A stretch of DNA of 64,000 nucleotides from Chloroflexota bacterium (GCA_026707585.1 JAPOWQ010000049.1:25845-89844), one strand, 5' to 3'. Counted from the first letter of the stretch, positions 9,015 to 19,426 are shown. Notes: generated by a model from the letters alone, not told the origin. Numbers and translations: made by a program.

Positions 9015-10004
9015 ATGCACGCGACCGACGTGGCCTACGAACCCTCGCCCACGCTAGGCCATTGGGCGAACGATTTGGCGTCGATTGATCGTCGCCAGGA
9101 AGCCACAACCCAGGCAACGGGCGCGCCGGACACGGCGCGCGCCACCGGCGACGCGTCGATCGAGGACACCATGCGGCTCTATCTGAACGAGATCAACCGC
9201 ATCCCGCTGCTGACGGCCGCCGAGGAAGTCGCCCTCGCCAAGCGTGTGGAAGCCGGCGACGCCGCCGCCCGCCAGCGCCTGGTGGATGCCAACCTGCGGC
9301 TGGTCGTCAACGTCGCCAAGCGCTACGCCGCGGGCGGCCTGCCGCTGCTGGATCTCATCCAGGAAGGCAACCTGGGGCTCATGCAGGCCGTGGAGCGCTT
9401 TGACTGGCGTCGCGGGTTCAAGTTCAGCACCTACGCCACCTGGTGGATACGCCAGGCCATCACGCGCTCGCTCTCCAACGATTCGCGCACCGTCCGTCTG
9501 CCCGTGCACGTGGTCGAAGCGCTCCGCAAGATTCGAAAGCTGACGCCCGAGCTCGCTCAGGAAATGGAGCGGGAACCCACGCCCGCCGAATTGGGCGAGG
9601 TCCTGGGCATGGCGCCGGAGCGGGTCGTTGAAATCGTACGTGCCGGCCGCGCGCCCACGTCCCTGGAACAGCCCGTCGGTGAGGACGGCGATGAGTCACT
9701 ATCGGACTTCGTGGAAGACCCCGATCCCGATACGGCCGACCGCGCTCTGCTGGCCGGAACCCTTCGCGACGACCTGCACCGCGCCCTGGCCATCCTTCCC
9801 GATCGCCAGCAGACCATCCTGGTGCGACGCTTTGGCCTGGACGGTCAGGAACCCTGGACCCTGGACCAGATTGGCACGCACTTCGGGGTGACTCGCGAGC
9901 GCATCCGGCAGTTACAGGTCGAGGCGTTGCGCAAGCTCAAGCGCTCCAGCGTCTCCCGCGATCTGCGCGACTACCTGAGCGTGCCCGGCATCGGCCTCAA
10001 CTAA
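9015..10004 (+). CDS. RNA polymerase sigma-70 family factor (RpoD/SigA-like, groups 1-2)
   Basis: Region 1.2 'MRLYLNEINRIPLL', region 2 'LIQEGNLGLMQAVERFDWRRGFKFSTYATWWIRQAI' and region 4 'TLDQIGTHFGVTRERIRQ'. Confidence 0.85.
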   Translation: MHATDVAYEPSPTLGHWANDLASIDRRQEATTQATGAPDTARATGDASIEDTMRLYLNEINRIPLLTAAEEVALAKRVEAGDAAARQRLVDANLRLVVNVAKRYAAGGLPLLDLIQEGNLGLMQAVERFDWRRGFKFSTYATWWIRQAITRSLSNDSRTVRLPVHVVEALRKIRKLTPELAQEMEREPTPAELGEVLGMAPERVVEIVRAGRAPTSLEQPVGEDGDESLSDFVEDPDPDTADRALLAGTLRDDLHRALAILPDRQQTILVRRFGLDGQEPWTLDQIGTHFGVTRERIRQLQVEALRKLKRSSVSRDLRDYLSVPGIGLN

Positions 10005-10028
10005 CCGCCCGGGTTCGCAAGCTCCGAG

Positions 10029-11129
10029 CTAGCCGATCTCCAGCATCCGGTCGATCGAGCGTCGGGCACGCACGCGGATGTCTTCCGGCACCTCGATTTG
10101 CTCGCGGTTCTCCCGCAGCGACGCCAGCACGTGCTCCAGCGTGATCTCGTTCATGTGCGGGCAGCGCACGGAGCAGAGCCGCACCATGTCCTTGTCCGGC
10201 GCCTCGGCGGCGATGTTGTCGCCCATGCTGCACTCGGTCAGCAGCAAGTAGCGCGGCGCTTCCACTTCGCGGACGTAACGGGTCATGGCGGCCGTCGAGC
10301 CTGAGAAGTCCGACACGTCCACCACCTCCGGACTGCACTCCGGATGGGCCAGTACAACCACGTCGGGGAACTGCTCGCGTACCGCCTGGACATCTTCCAC
10401 CGTGAACTTCTCATGCACCTCGCAGCGTCCGGTCCAGCCCACGATGTCGTAGTGCAGGCCGTTGCCGGCGGCCTCGGCGCGCGCGTCCGCCGATACCGGC
10501 GCGGCGCTGGGCAACACGATGGTTTTGCCCGTCTCCCGCGCCACGTTCTTCGCCAGATACTCGTCGGGCAGGAAAATCACGACGTCCGAATCCAGCGACT
10601 CCACAACCTTGGCGGCGTTGCTTGACGTGCAGCACACGTCCACCTCGGCCTTCACGTCCGCGTACGTGTTGATGTAGGCCACGATCGGTGCGTCGGGGTA
10701 CCTCGCCCGCAACCCGCGCACGTCGTCGGCCGTAATGGACTCGGCCAGTGAGCAACCGGCGCGTAGCGCCGGCAGCAGCACCGTGCGTTCGGGGTTCAGG
10801 ATCTTGGCGGTTTCGGCCATGAAGCGAACCCCGCAAAAGACGATCGGGTCCGCCTCCGTGGTGGCTGCCACCCGGCTCAGTTCCAGCGAGTCGCCCGTGT
10901 AGTCGCATACGGAGTGGAAGAGCGCCGGCTCCATGTAGTTGTGACCCAGGATCACGGCCCCGCGTTCGGCCTTCAGCCGGTTGATGCGGTACGCCAACTC
11001 CGCTTTCAGGTCTACTTCGAAGTCGGGCACGATGCCGTGCAGCTTGGCGCGCAGCGCGGCCCGCGTGGATTCCAGGGTGGCCGTATCCAGAGTCATGACA
11101 ACCGCTGGCGCGTCGCGGCGACCAGCCAC
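10029..11129 (-). CDS. nadA: Quinolinate synthase NadA
   Basis: 'ILGHNYMEPALFH', conserved Cys ligands and a three-repeat architecture. 366 aa. Confidence 0.85.
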   Translation of the reverse strand: MAGRRDAPAVVMTLDTATLESTRAALRAKLHGIVPDFEVDLKAELAYRINRLKAERGAVILGHNYMEPALFHSVCDYTGDSLELSRVAATTEADPIVFCGVRFMAETAKILNPERTVLLPALRAGCSLAESITADDVRGLRARYPDAPIVAYINTYADVKAEVDVCCTSSNAAKVVESLDSDVVIFLPDEYLAKNVARETGKTIVLPSAAPVSADARAEAAGNGLHYDIVGWTGRCEVHEKFTVEDVQAVREQFPDVVVLAHPECSPEVVDVSDFSGSTAAMTRYVREVEAPRYLLLTECSMGDNIAAEAPDKDMVRLCSVRCPHMNEITLEHVLASLRENREQIEVPEDIRVRARRSIDRMLEIG

Positions 11130-11265
11130 GACGAAGTCCCGAGAAGGGTGAGCGAGCCTACGGCCCGAGCCGTGGGAGTGGTCAAGAGCGCCAGCCCGAC
11201 CAGATAGGTGTCAGGGATTCTCGCACATGCTGCCCGTCTATGGGCAAGCGATTCAGCGGCTGCGG

Positions 11266-12369
11266 CTACGCGAAGAGGCTGAGCAGCTCCAGGTACGAGT
11301 CGTCCAAAGGGCGGGTCTTCCCGGCGATGTCGACCAGCGGCACGGGATGGATATGCGGACCTTGCTGGGCGGCCATCTGACCGCGCTGTCCGGCGGCCAG
11401 ATATCCGACGGCGGCCGCGCCCAGTCGCGTGCCGAGCACCCGGTCGAATGTTGTCGGCGTGCCGCCCCGCTGCAGGTGCCCCAGGACGCTCGAGCGCGTC
11501 TCGATCCCGGTGGCTTCCTCGATGGCGCGGGCCAGGCTCTCGCCCACGCTGCGCGCGGCCAGCACGATATGGCCGAACTCGTCCGTGGCCTGCACGCCGG
11601 CTTCGCCGACTTCCAGCCCGTCGATTTCGGCGCCTTCCGCCACCACGACGATGCTGTACGTGCGTCCCTGCTCGTAGCGCCGTTGGACGTGCGCCACAAA
11701 CTCGTCGCGCGCGCTGCGCCGCTCGGGCACGGCAATGAAGTCGGCGCCGCCCGCCAAACCGCCCACCGCCGCCAGCCAGCCCGCCTGTCGGCCCATCGTC
11801 TCCACCACCGTCGCCCGGTGATGCGACATAGTCGTGGTGCGCAGGCGTGCGATCGATCCCGCAATCGTCTCCACGGCGGTGTTGAACCCAATGCACATGT
11901 CGGTACCCGGCACGTCGTTGTCGATTGTCTTGGGAATACCGACAACGGGAAGCCCGTCCCCGGCCAGCGCGCCGGCCACGGACAGCGTGTCGTCGCCCCC
12001 AATAGCAACCAAACCGTCCAGGCCCATGTCGTCGAAGACCGCCGCCGCCTGCGCGTAGCTCTCGGGCGTCCGCAGCGGGTTGGTGCGTGAGCTGCCCAGC
12101 AAGGTTCCGCCGACGTCCAAGAATCCGTCGGTGTTCTCAATCGTCAGCGGCGTCCCGTGGCGCGCCAGCACGCCGGCCCATCCGTCATGCAGGCCCGTGA
12201 CCGACCAGGCGCGCTCCAGGCTTGCGCGCGTTACGGCCCGAATCGCGGCATTCAGGCCGGGGCAGTCGCCGCCGCCGGTCAGAACTCCGATGTGCACAGC
12301 CGAACCTCGCGCGCCAACGCTCTGATTCAACCATAACCGCCCGCGCCGCGGCGGCGCGCCCGATACCAT
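11266..12369 (-). CDS. pfp: 6-phosphofructokinase with a PPi-type residue signature (GGDDT...PKTIDND)
   Basis: 'IGVLTGGGDCPGLNAAIRAV', 'AIGGDDTL' and 'GIPKTIDNDV'. The true start is probably GTG near 12296 ('VHIGVL'). Confidence 0.75.
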   Translation of the reverse strand: MVSGAPPRRGRLWLNQSVGARGSAVHIGVLTGGGDCPGLNAAIRAVTRASLERAWSVTGLHDGWAGVLARHGTPLTIENTDGFLDVGGTLLGSSRTNPLRTPESYAQAAAVFDDMGLDGLVAIGGDDTLSVAGALAGDGLPVVGIPKTIDNDVPGTDMCIGFNTAVETIAGSIARLRTTTMSHHRATVVETMGRQAGWLAAVGGLAGGADFIAVPERRSARDEFVAHVQRRYEQGRTYSIVVVAEGAEIDGLEVGEAGVQATDEFGHIVLAARSVGESLARAIEEATGIETRSSVLGHLQRGGTPTTFDRVLGTRLGAAAVGYLAAGQRGQMAAQQGPHIHPVPLVDIAGKTRPLDDSYLELLSLFA

Positions 12370-12401
12370 GATGGTCGTCCGCCATCCGTGAAACGAACGG
12401 T

Positions 12402-12980
12402 ATGGACGTCTACACAGCTATCCGCGGCCGCCGCAGCATCACGGGGCTAACTGAGGATGCCCCGTCCCGCGCGGCGATCGACCGAATCATCCAGGCTTCT
12501 GTTTGGGCGCCGAATCACCACCTCACCGAACCCTGGCGCTTTCACGTCCTGCGCGGCGCGGCCCGCGACGAGATGGGCGCCATGGTTGCCGATCGCCTGG
12601 AATCTGAACTAGACCCGGACGATCCGGCTTCGGCCCCATCCATCCGCTCGGCGCGCGTCCGGCTCCGCCGGTCGCCCGTGGTGATCGTCGTCAGCCAGGT
12701 CTGGTCGGACGATCCCGTCACAAACCTTGAAGACTATGCCTCCGTCTGTTGCGCGACCCAGAACCTGATGCTGGCAGCGCACGCTGAGGGTCTCGCCACC
12801 AAGTGGCGAACCGGGGAAATGTGCGACTTTGCGGCCTGCAAGGACTTCCTGGGCCTGGATCGGAAGGACCGCATCGTCGGGTACATCTATCTCGGACATC
12901 CATCACCCGCGATCGGGCCGGATCGGCGCGAACGTCAGCCGGCCAAGGTCGAGTGGCTCGGATGGGACGACGAGGGCTGA
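12402..12980 (+). CDS. Nitroreductase family protein
   Basis: 'IRGRRSI...AIDRIIQASVWAPNHHLTEPWRFHVL', the typical nitroreductase fold signature. Confidence 0.75.
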   Translation: MDVYTAIRGRRSITGLTEDAPSRAAIDRIIQASVWAPNHHLTEPWRFHVLRGAARDEMGAMVADRLESELDPDDPASAPSIRSARVRLRRSPVVIVVSQVWSDDPVTNLEDYASVCCATQNLMLAAHAEGLATKWRTGEMCDFAACKDFLGLDRKDRIVGYIYLGHPSPAIGPDRRERQPAKVEWLGWDDEG

Positions 12981-13012
12981 TCGAGCCCAGGCGCTCCTAA
13001 GGAGGGCGACGC

Positions 13013-14440
13013 ATGGTCCCGGGTAACGAACTCGCCCGCCTGTCGATAACGGAAGTCGGGGCGCTGATTGCCGCCGGCGAGGTGAGCCCGGTTGAGGCCA
13101 CCCGGAACTCGCTGGATCGGCTGGACCGTTATGCCGGCCCCTTGGGCGCAACCACGGCAGTCCTGCACGACGCGGCGCTGGCCGACGCCCGCCGAGCCGA
13201 ACGCGAAATCCTCGCCGGCGACTACCGTGGGCCGCTCCACGGCGTACCGCTCGGCATCAAGGATCTGGCCGACGTGGCCGGCTCGGTAACGACCGCCGGC
13301 TCCACCGTCTTCGGCAACGAACCGGCCAGTGTGGACGCCGAGTTGGTCAGAGGTCTCCGCAGGGCCGGCGCAGTGATCGCCTGCAAGCTGAACTGCGACG
13401 AGTTCGCCTACCATCCGACGGGCGCGACCTCGCAGTTTGGCCCCTCCCGCAATCCGTGGAACACCCAGATTGTTTCTGGCGGATCCAGCGGCGGCACCGG
13501 CTCGGCTGTTGCGGCCGGCCTGGTCTATGGGGGACTCGGTACCGACACCGGCGGCTCGATCCGCCTGCCAACGGCCCTGTGCGGTTTGGTCGGCATCAAG
13601 CCGACCTACGGTCGGGTGAGCCTCGACGGCCTGCGTTTGCTCAGCCCGAGCTTTGACACGCCGGGGCCTATGGCGCGTACAACCCGGGACGCCGCCGTGA
13701 TGCTGCAAGCGATGGCCGACCCGGTCACCGACGAGACTATCGCCACAGCCAATCGCGCGGCACACCTCACCAGCGAGATGCCGGTTGGCCTGGAAGGCCT
13801 GCGCGTGGGCGTGCCGTCCAACTACTTCTTCGAAGACCTGGATCCCGAAATTGAGCGCATAGTCGGCGCCGCCGTGGACGCTTTGGCGATTCTCGGCGCC
13901 GACCTGGTACACGTTGGCATGCCGTCGGTACCCGATCTGGCGCTGTCGCAGCGCGGCATTCTCACCATCGAGGCCTACCAGAACGTGCTCGGCGCCACCG
14001 GTGGCGACGTTACCAGGGTCAATCCCACCCTGCGCTCGCGGCTCAAGCTTGGCCTGGATGAAGCCATGCGTCCCGGCGAGGACATTCAGATCACCCTTGG
14101 TCGGCTGCGCAGCCAGCGGGACGACGCCCTGGCCGCCTTCCGGCGGGCCATCGGTACTGTCGACGTGCTCGTGGCGCCGGTCTTACAGCGACCGCCGCCC
14201 CGCATTGACCAGGCGCTGACCGACTACCACTGGATGCCCAACCTAACCCGGCCATTCAATGCCACGCATCAGCCGGTGGTCGCCGTGCCCTGCGGCTGGA
14301 CGGAGGCTGGACTCCCTGTCGGCTTGCAGATCGTGGCCGCCAAGTACCGCGAGCGCACGGCCCTGCGCGTGGCTTACGCCTACGAGCAGTCGGAGCAGGC
14401 GCCCGAACGCCGCTGGCCACGCCTGCACGAGGCGGTCTGA
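13013..14440 (+). CDS. Amidase signature family enzyme (GatA-like)
   Basis: 'GGSSGGTGSAVAAGL...GTDTGGSIRLPTALCGLVGIKPTYGRVS' is the amidase signature. There is no gatB/gatC context. Confidence 0.8.
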   Translation: MVPGNELARLSITEVGALIAAGEVSPVEATRNSLDRLDRYAGPLGATTAVLHDAALADARRAEREILAGDYRGPLHGVPLGIKDLADVAGSVTTAGSTVFGNEPASVDAELVRGLRRAGAVIACKLNCDEFAYHPTGATSQFGPSRNPWNTQIVSGGSSGGTGSAVAAGLVYGGLGTDTGGSIRLPTALCGLVGIKPTYGRVSLDGLRLLSPSFDTPGPMARTTRDAAVMLQAMADPVTDETIATANRAAHLTSEMPVGLEGLRVGVPSNYFFEDLDPEIERIVGAAVDALAILGADLVHVGMPSVPDLALSQRGILTIEAYQNVLGATGGDVTRVNPTLRSRLKLGLDEAMRPGEDIQITLGRLRSQRDDALAAFRRAIGTVDVLVAPVLQRPPPRIDQALTDYHWMPNLTRPFNATHQPVVAVPCGWTEAGLPVGLQIVAAKYRERTALRVAYAYEQSEQAPERRWPRLHEAV

Positions 14441-14599
14441 GGGCCGCAAACGAGCCCCTGCCGACAGCGCGCTTGCAGGACGTTTCAGTGTGACTCGTGA
14501 CCCGTCGACGCACGATTCCCCTGATTTACCGCCTACAATCAGGCCCGGTCCTCCGCTGCGTTACGCGGCCCCGCCCGACGAGGGCGAGTTGGCTGCGCG

Positions 14600-15610
14600 G
14601 TGGGCTGCCTGATCTGTACTTCACGCACGGAGGTTGGCGTGCCATTGAAGCGGCGCCGGCGCATGCGCCAGACCGAGAAGCCCGCGTCCCAGGCTGCCGC
14701 CGTGCAACCGACGCGGCGTCGCTTCGCCAGCGTGCGGCGCTGGCTTCGGCGCTCCAGGCTCACCGAGGCCGACTGGGACGAACTGGAAGAAGTGCTGATC
14801 GCCGCGGATTTGGGCCCGGTGCTGGTGATGGAGGTGCTGGAGGAACTGCGCGAAACGGTCCAGGCCGATGGAGCTTCCGATCCGGAAGCCGCGCGCCGGC
14901 TGCTGACGGCGCGACTCAGCGACGCGCTGGGCGCACACGACGAACCGTTCGCCGATGGCCCGCCCCCGCAGGTGGTGTTCGTGGTCGGAGTCAACGGCGC
15001 CGGCAAGACCACCTCCATTGCCAAGCTCGCCCATCTCCTGCGTTCCAATGGACGTGACGTGCTGTTGGCGGCCGGCGACACATTTCGCGCCGGGGCCATC
15101 GACCAGTTGCAAGTCTGGGCCGAGCGCGTCGACGTCCCGGTGATCGCGCACCAGCCCGGCGGCGATCCGGGCGCTGTCATTTACGACGCGCTGGACGCGG
15201 CGCAGGCCCGCGGTACCCACTATGTGATTGCCGACTCCGCGGGCCGGCAGCACAACAACGTGAACCTCATGAACGAGCTGGCCAAGATGCACCGCGTGGC
15301 CCAGCGCAAGGCGCCGGGAGCGCCCCACGAGGTGCTGCTCGTTTTGGACGCGCTGACGGGCCAAAATGGCCTGCACCAGGCGCGGGGGTTTCTTGACACT
15401 GCCAGTGTGACCGGCATTGTGCTCACCAAGCTGGACAGCTCGGCTCGCGGCGGTGCCGCGTTTGCCGTCACGCGCGCCACCGGCCTCCCGATTAAGTTTG
15501 TCGGCACCGGCGAGCGGCTGACCGACTTTGAGCCGTTCGACCCTGACCGGTTCGTTCAGGCGCTGCTGGCGCCGCGGCCGGGCGACGCCAACGGTGAGGA
15601 GGAAACGTGA
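14600..15610 (+). CDS. ftsY: Signal recognition particle receptor FtsY
   Basis: 'VVFVVGVNGAGKTTSIAKLA...DTFRAGAIDQLQVWA...DSAGRQHNNVNLMNEL...TKLDSSARGG'. The start may be an internal Met (~14671). Confidence 0.85.
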   Translation: MGCLICTSRTEVGVPLKRRRRMRQTEKPASQAAAVQPTRRRFASVRRWLRRSRLTEADWDELEEVLIAADLGPVLVMEVLEELRETVQADGASDPEAARRLLTARLSDALGAHDEPFADGPPPQVVFVVGVNGAGKTTSIAKLAHLLRSNGRDVLLAAGDTFRAGAIDQLQVWAERVDVPVIAHQPGGDPGAVIYDALDAAQARGTHYVIADSAGRQHNNVNLMNELAKMHRVAQRKAPGAPHEVLLVLDALTGQNGLHQARGFLDTASVTGIVLTKLDSSARGGAAFAVTRATGLPIKFVGTGERLTDFEPFDPDRFVQALLAPRPGDANGEEET

Positions 15611-16362
15611 AAGGCGTCATTCTGGCAGGTGGCACCGGCTCCCGTCTGGACCCAATTACCCGGGTCACCAACAAGCAACTGCTGCCCGTCTACAACAAGC
15701 CGATGATCTTCTACCCCATCGAGACGATGGTGAACGCCGGCGTCACCGATGTCCTGATAGTCACCAGCGGGGCCAGCGCCGGAGACTTTCTACGCCTGCT
15801 GGGTAACGGCGAGGCGCTGGGGGTGCGGCACCTCAGCTTTACCTATCAGGAAGGGGCGGGGGGCATCGCCGAGGCAATATCGCTGGCGCGGCCATTCGTT
15901 GGGGACGACCGGATGATTGTGATCTTGGGCGATAACGTCATCGGTGGGAACATTATCGAACCCGCCCGGCGATTCGCGGCGCAGCGGCAGGGCGCCAAAG
16001 TGCTGTTGAAAGAGGTCGAAAATCCCAGCGCCTACGGGGTGGCCGAATTGGACGGCGATCGCGTCGTGCGCTTCGTGGAGAAGCCAAAGGACCCGCCCTC
16101 CAATCTGGCGGTGACAGGTATCTACTTCTATGACGCGCAGGCCTTCAACCTGATCGAGCGGTTGGATCGTTCGGATCGCGGCGAACTGGAAGTGACCGAC
16201 CTGAACAACGCGTACCTGGAACGCGGCCAGATGACCCACGACGTGCTTGACGGCTACTGGGCGGACTGCGGCGAGTCCATCGATCACTACCTGCAGGCAT
16301 GCAATCTGGTGGCCAGGCACGGTGCCAATCGAATAGGGAACGACGAATCTCTCGGCCCCTAG
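15607..16362 (+). CDS. Sugar-1-phosphate nucleotidyltransferase (RmlA-like glucose-1-phosphate thymidylyltransferase family, short form)
   Basis: 'MKGVILAGGTGSRLDPITRVTNKQLLPVYNKPMIFYPIE'. GTG start overlaps the ftsY stop (GTGA). Confidence 0.75.
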   Translation: MKGVILAGGTGSRLDPITRVTNKQLLPVYNKPMIFYPIETMVNAGVTDVLIVTSGASAGDFLRLLGNGEALGVRHLSFTYQEGAGGIAEAISLARPFVGDDRMIVILGDNVIGGNIIEPARRFAAQRQGAKVLLKEVENPSAYGVAELDGDRVVRFVEKPKDPPSNLAVTGIYFYDAQAFNLIERLDRSDRGELEVTDLNNAYLERGQMTHDVLDGYWADCGESIDHYLQACNLVARHGANRIGNDESLGP

Positions 16363-16407
16363 CTGGGGGTTGCCTGACTGCGGGGGCTGTCTGTCGGAGT
16401 CCGACGC

Positions 16408-17499
16408 CTAGTCAAGACGCGCTCGGCCGTAGGCCTCCATGGTCTGCAGGGCGATCCGATCCCAGCCCAGTTCGTCGGCGACGGCGTGGGCGGCCTGCGT
16501 TCGCTCGGCGAGGTTCCAGCCCTGGGCGTCTTGCATGGCGGCGCGTATGGCTTGCACGTCGCCCGGCGGTACCAGGACGCCAGCGCCGGTGTCGTCAAGT
16601 AGCTCGGGGATGCAGCCGACGCGGGTGGCGACGATGGGGCAGCCGAAGCCGAGGGCGGTGATGATGGCGCCGCTGGTCAAGGCGTCGCGGTAAGGGAAGA
16701 CGGCCACGTCGCCGGCGTGGAAGTAGACCTGCAGCTTGTCGATGGGGACCTTGCCCTCGTGCATGAGGACGCGGGGATCGCCGACGGATTCGTTGCCGAC
16801 GACGCCCTCGTAGAACTGGTGGCGCTGCCCGGCGACGACGAGGCGGAGGTGGTCGCCCTCCAGGCCCTTGAAGGCTTCCAGCATGTCGTCGTGGCCCTTG
16901 TAGCCGCGGATGTTGCCGAAGGAGGTGTAGACGAAGGCGTCCTTGGGAATGCCGAGTTCGCGGCGGGCTTGCTGGCGGGTGACGTTGGCGGGGTAGGCGT
17001 TGCGGAAGTCGCCGTGCGGGATGACGAAGAGATTGCGGCGGCGGATGAAGCGGCGGGTGTAGGCGCGGGCGGCGTACTCGCAGTGGCAGATGATGGAGTT
17101 GGCCAGCAGGGCCATGACGTAGCGGCCGACGACGTCGACGCCCCAGTGGGGGCGTTCGTGGGGGAGCATGTTGTGGAGCGTCCAGATGACGCGGTAGCCC
17201 AGGACTCGCGCCAGGAGCAGGGCGAATGTAAAGGCCCCCATCTGGAGCCAGGCTTTGGTGGCGGTTTCCGTATTGGTGATGCCCTGCAGCCAGTGCAGAT
17301 GGATGCCGTGGACGCGACCGCGATTGCGCCACACCCAGCCAGGAGTAACGCCTTCGATGTCCCCCGTGGGATTGAGGCTGATGAGTTCGAACGAGTAGCC
17401 GTGACGCTGGAGGGCCTCGACCAGCAGGCCGCCATAGGGGTTGCCGAGCATGTTGCGGTAATTGAAGAGGCTCGGGTCCCAGCTAAAGGCAACGTGCAT
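16408..17499 (-). CDS. Glycosyltransferase family 4 (GT-B fold)
   Basis: C-terminal 'EGFGCPIVATRVGCIPELL'-type motif. 363 aa. Confidence 0.7.
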   Translation of the reverse strand: MHVAFSWDPSLFNYRNMLGNPYGGLLVEALQRHGYSFELISLNPTGDIEGVTPGWVWRNRGRVHGIHLHWLQGITNTETATKAWLQMGAFTFALLLARVLGYRVIWTLHNMLPHERPHWGVDVVGRYVMALLANSIICHCEYAARAYTRRFIRRRNLFVIPHGDFRNAYPANVTRQQARRELGIPKDAFVYTSFGNIRGYKGHDDMLEAFKGLEGDHLRLVVAGQRHQFYEGVVGNESVGDPRVLMHEGKVPIDKLQVYFHAGDVAVFPYRDALTSGAIITALGFGCPIVATRVGCIPELLDDTGAGVLVPPGDVQAIRAAMQDAQGWNLAERTQAAHAVADELGWDRIALQTMEAYGRARLD

Positions 17500-17553
17500 G
17501 ACTAGTTGCTCTCCGGCAGTGGCTGCGACCGGGATGCGGCGCGCGTCTCGATT

Positions 17554-18408
17554 TCAGGCATACGCGGCCTGGATGAGTTCGTTCAGTTCGGCGAATTCGT
17601 GCTTGGCCGCCGAGACTGAGCTGTCCCAGTCCGGCCACGAGCACTCGGATTCATTGGCAATCCAGCCCGCGTAGCCGCCGGCCGCCAGCTGGCGCAGCGT
17701 CTCGCCGTTGCGCACGTCCCCTTCGCCCAGCGGAACGTGGACGTAGTAGCGGCCGTCCACTTCGAGAGTGTGACCCTGGGCGTCCGGAAGGCCGCGCATG
17801 TCCTTGACGTGGACATCGAAGATTCGTGCACCGAGCTGCGTGACGTCGTCCGCGCCGACGGTCGTGGCGGCGGCGTGCAGGTTGCCGGTGTCCAGGGCGG
17901 CGCCGAGGTTGGGGTGGTCGATGGCGTCGACCAGGCGGCAGGTGGCGGGAGTGCTGGAAGCGAGGCCCTGGGCGTGGACCTCGATGGTGACGCGGACGCC
18001 GGCGTCCGCAGCAACTGTGGCGGCTTGGTTGTACCAGGCTGCGGCGGCGGCCAGATCGTCGGCGTTGTCGACCGACATGCCGTCGGCGCCCCCCCAGAGT
18101 CGGAGCAAGCCGGCGTCAAGGATGTTGGCGGCCTCGAGGGCGCGGCGCACGCCATCCAGTTCGGCGCTGGCGGGCGCACCGCCAAAGGACTCGGGGCGGC
18201 CCAGGCCGGAAGCGAGGCCGACGATCTGGAGGCCGGCGTCGGTCAGGACTTGCGAGCCGGCGCGGGCGGAGGGGCCGGGATTGTCAAGGTCGAGATGCGG
18301 GGGCCGGCACATGAGGGCGACGCCGGCGTAGCCGATCTCACGGGCGACCGGCGCCACGCGGTGCAGGGGATAGCTGCCGAACATGAGGGTGTGTAGCGCC
18401 GCTCGCAT
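17554..18408 (-). CDS. Sugar phosphate isomerase/epimerase (xylose isomerase-like TIM barrel)
   Basis: 'HTLMFGSYPL...IEVHAQGL...ALDTGNLHAA'. The long ORF is trimmed to the internal ATG at ~18408, because the upstream 110 codons are low-complexity and non-protein-like. Confidence 0.65.
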   Translation of the reverse strand: MRAALHTLMFGSYPLHRVAPVAREIGYAGVALMCRPPHLDLDNPGPSARAGSQVLTDAGLQIVGLASGLGRPESFGGAPASAELDGVRRALEAANILDAGLLRLWGGADGMSVDNADDLAAAAAWYNQAATVAADAGVRVTIEVHAQGLASSTPATCRLVDAIDHPNLGAALDTGNLHAAATTVGADDVTQLGARIFDVHVKDMRGLPDAQGHTLEVDGRYYVHVPLGEGDVRNGETLRQLAAGGYAGWIANESECSWPDWDSSVSAAKHEFAELNELIQAAYA

Positions 18409-18568
18409 GGCCGGGCCTCCTGGCCGCACGCGAGGCAAGGGTAACGCTTCGGGCGAGAGCAAGGGTCTGAAGCCGGTCGTGTGGTCGCTTGGTGGCGCGT
18501 GGGGAACGCGGCGCGTTACATTGACTGATTGAAGCCAGCAACCAGCGGCTAACCCTGGGGGACGGAGT

Positions 18569-19135
18569 ATGAAAATGTCGCTGCGCCGAGGACTCATCGG
18601 CGCTCTGGCGGTCGCGCTTGTCGCGCTCGTCGTACTTGCGGCCTGTGAGCCTCCCGGAACGACCGAGTTTCCGGAACCGGCGTGTGCCGCCGCGGGCACC
18701 TGTCCTGCAAATCCATGCCCCGACACCGAGGCCGTCATGGCGGAAGGCGAGCAGCTCTATTTGACGGTCTGCGCCACCTGCCACGGCTACGCGGCCGATG
18801 GTTTCGGTCCGCAATACCAGCTGTACTCGCCTCGACCGGCCAGCTTTAAGGCGGAAGAGTTCCAGGCGCAATTGGCGAGTGACCCGGGCGCCATCTTCCT
18901 GAAGGCCTGGCACGGCAACACGGCGATCGGCGAAGACGACCGGGGCGACGTGCCGCACAGCATCCCGGCGGAACTGGGCGCTCCACACACTGAGTTCAAG
19001 GCGGCGTCCCAGGTTCGCGAGAAGATTCGAGAGCAGTGCATCGCGGGCGCCGACCAGCCGCAGGAAACCGGCGGCATGACCGAGGAAGAACTCTGGAAGG
19101 TCGTGCTCTTCCTCCGCACCGCACCGTCCCGCTAG
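18569..19135 (+). CDS. c-type cytochrome lipoprotein
   Basis: Signal peptide with lipobox 'VLAAC' and a single haem-binding motif 'CATCHG'. RBS 'ggacggag' lies upstream. Confidence 0.75.
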   Translation: MKMSLRRGLIGALAVALVALVVLAACEPPGTTEFPEPACAAAGTCPANPCPDTEAVMAEGEQLYLTVCATCHGYAADGFGPQYQLYSPRPASFKAEEFQAQLASDPGAIFLKAWHGNTAIGEDDRGDVPHSIPAELGAPHTEFKAASQVREKIREQCIAGADQPQETGGMTEEELWKVVLFLRTAPSR

Positions 19136-19426
19136 CCGGCTGAGCACGCCGCGGGGGCCGGGATCGCTCCGGCGCCCCGCGCGCTCGGGCGTCAACCAAT
19201 CCTCGGGTGCGAGCCCGGTCAGGCGCCGGCAGACCGCGCGTAGACATCCCAAGGCGGCGTTGCGATGGCGACGCCAGTGCCGTGACTGGCCCGCCGACCG
19301 CCGCGCACCGCGGCGGTGGGCGAAACCGACCACCGCGGCATCGTCAGCCCAACCCCGAAGGCCACCGGATTCGGGCTAGCATTGACGGCGCGCCGTCGCG
19401 CAACCTGGGTCGGGTTACGGCGCCAA

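Noticed and set aside
16595-17505. Several 240-270-aa ORFs on both strands over the GT4 gene
   Set aside because: Proline/arginine-rich, no motifs. The GT4 frame has the conserved glycosyltransferase C-terminus.
17554-18738. 394-aa version of the sugar phosphate isomerase ORF
   Set aside because: The N-terminal 110 residues are Ser/Ala/Pro-rich without structure. The TIM-barrel homology starts at the internal Met (~18408), which also leaves room for a divergent promoter towards the cytochrome c gene.
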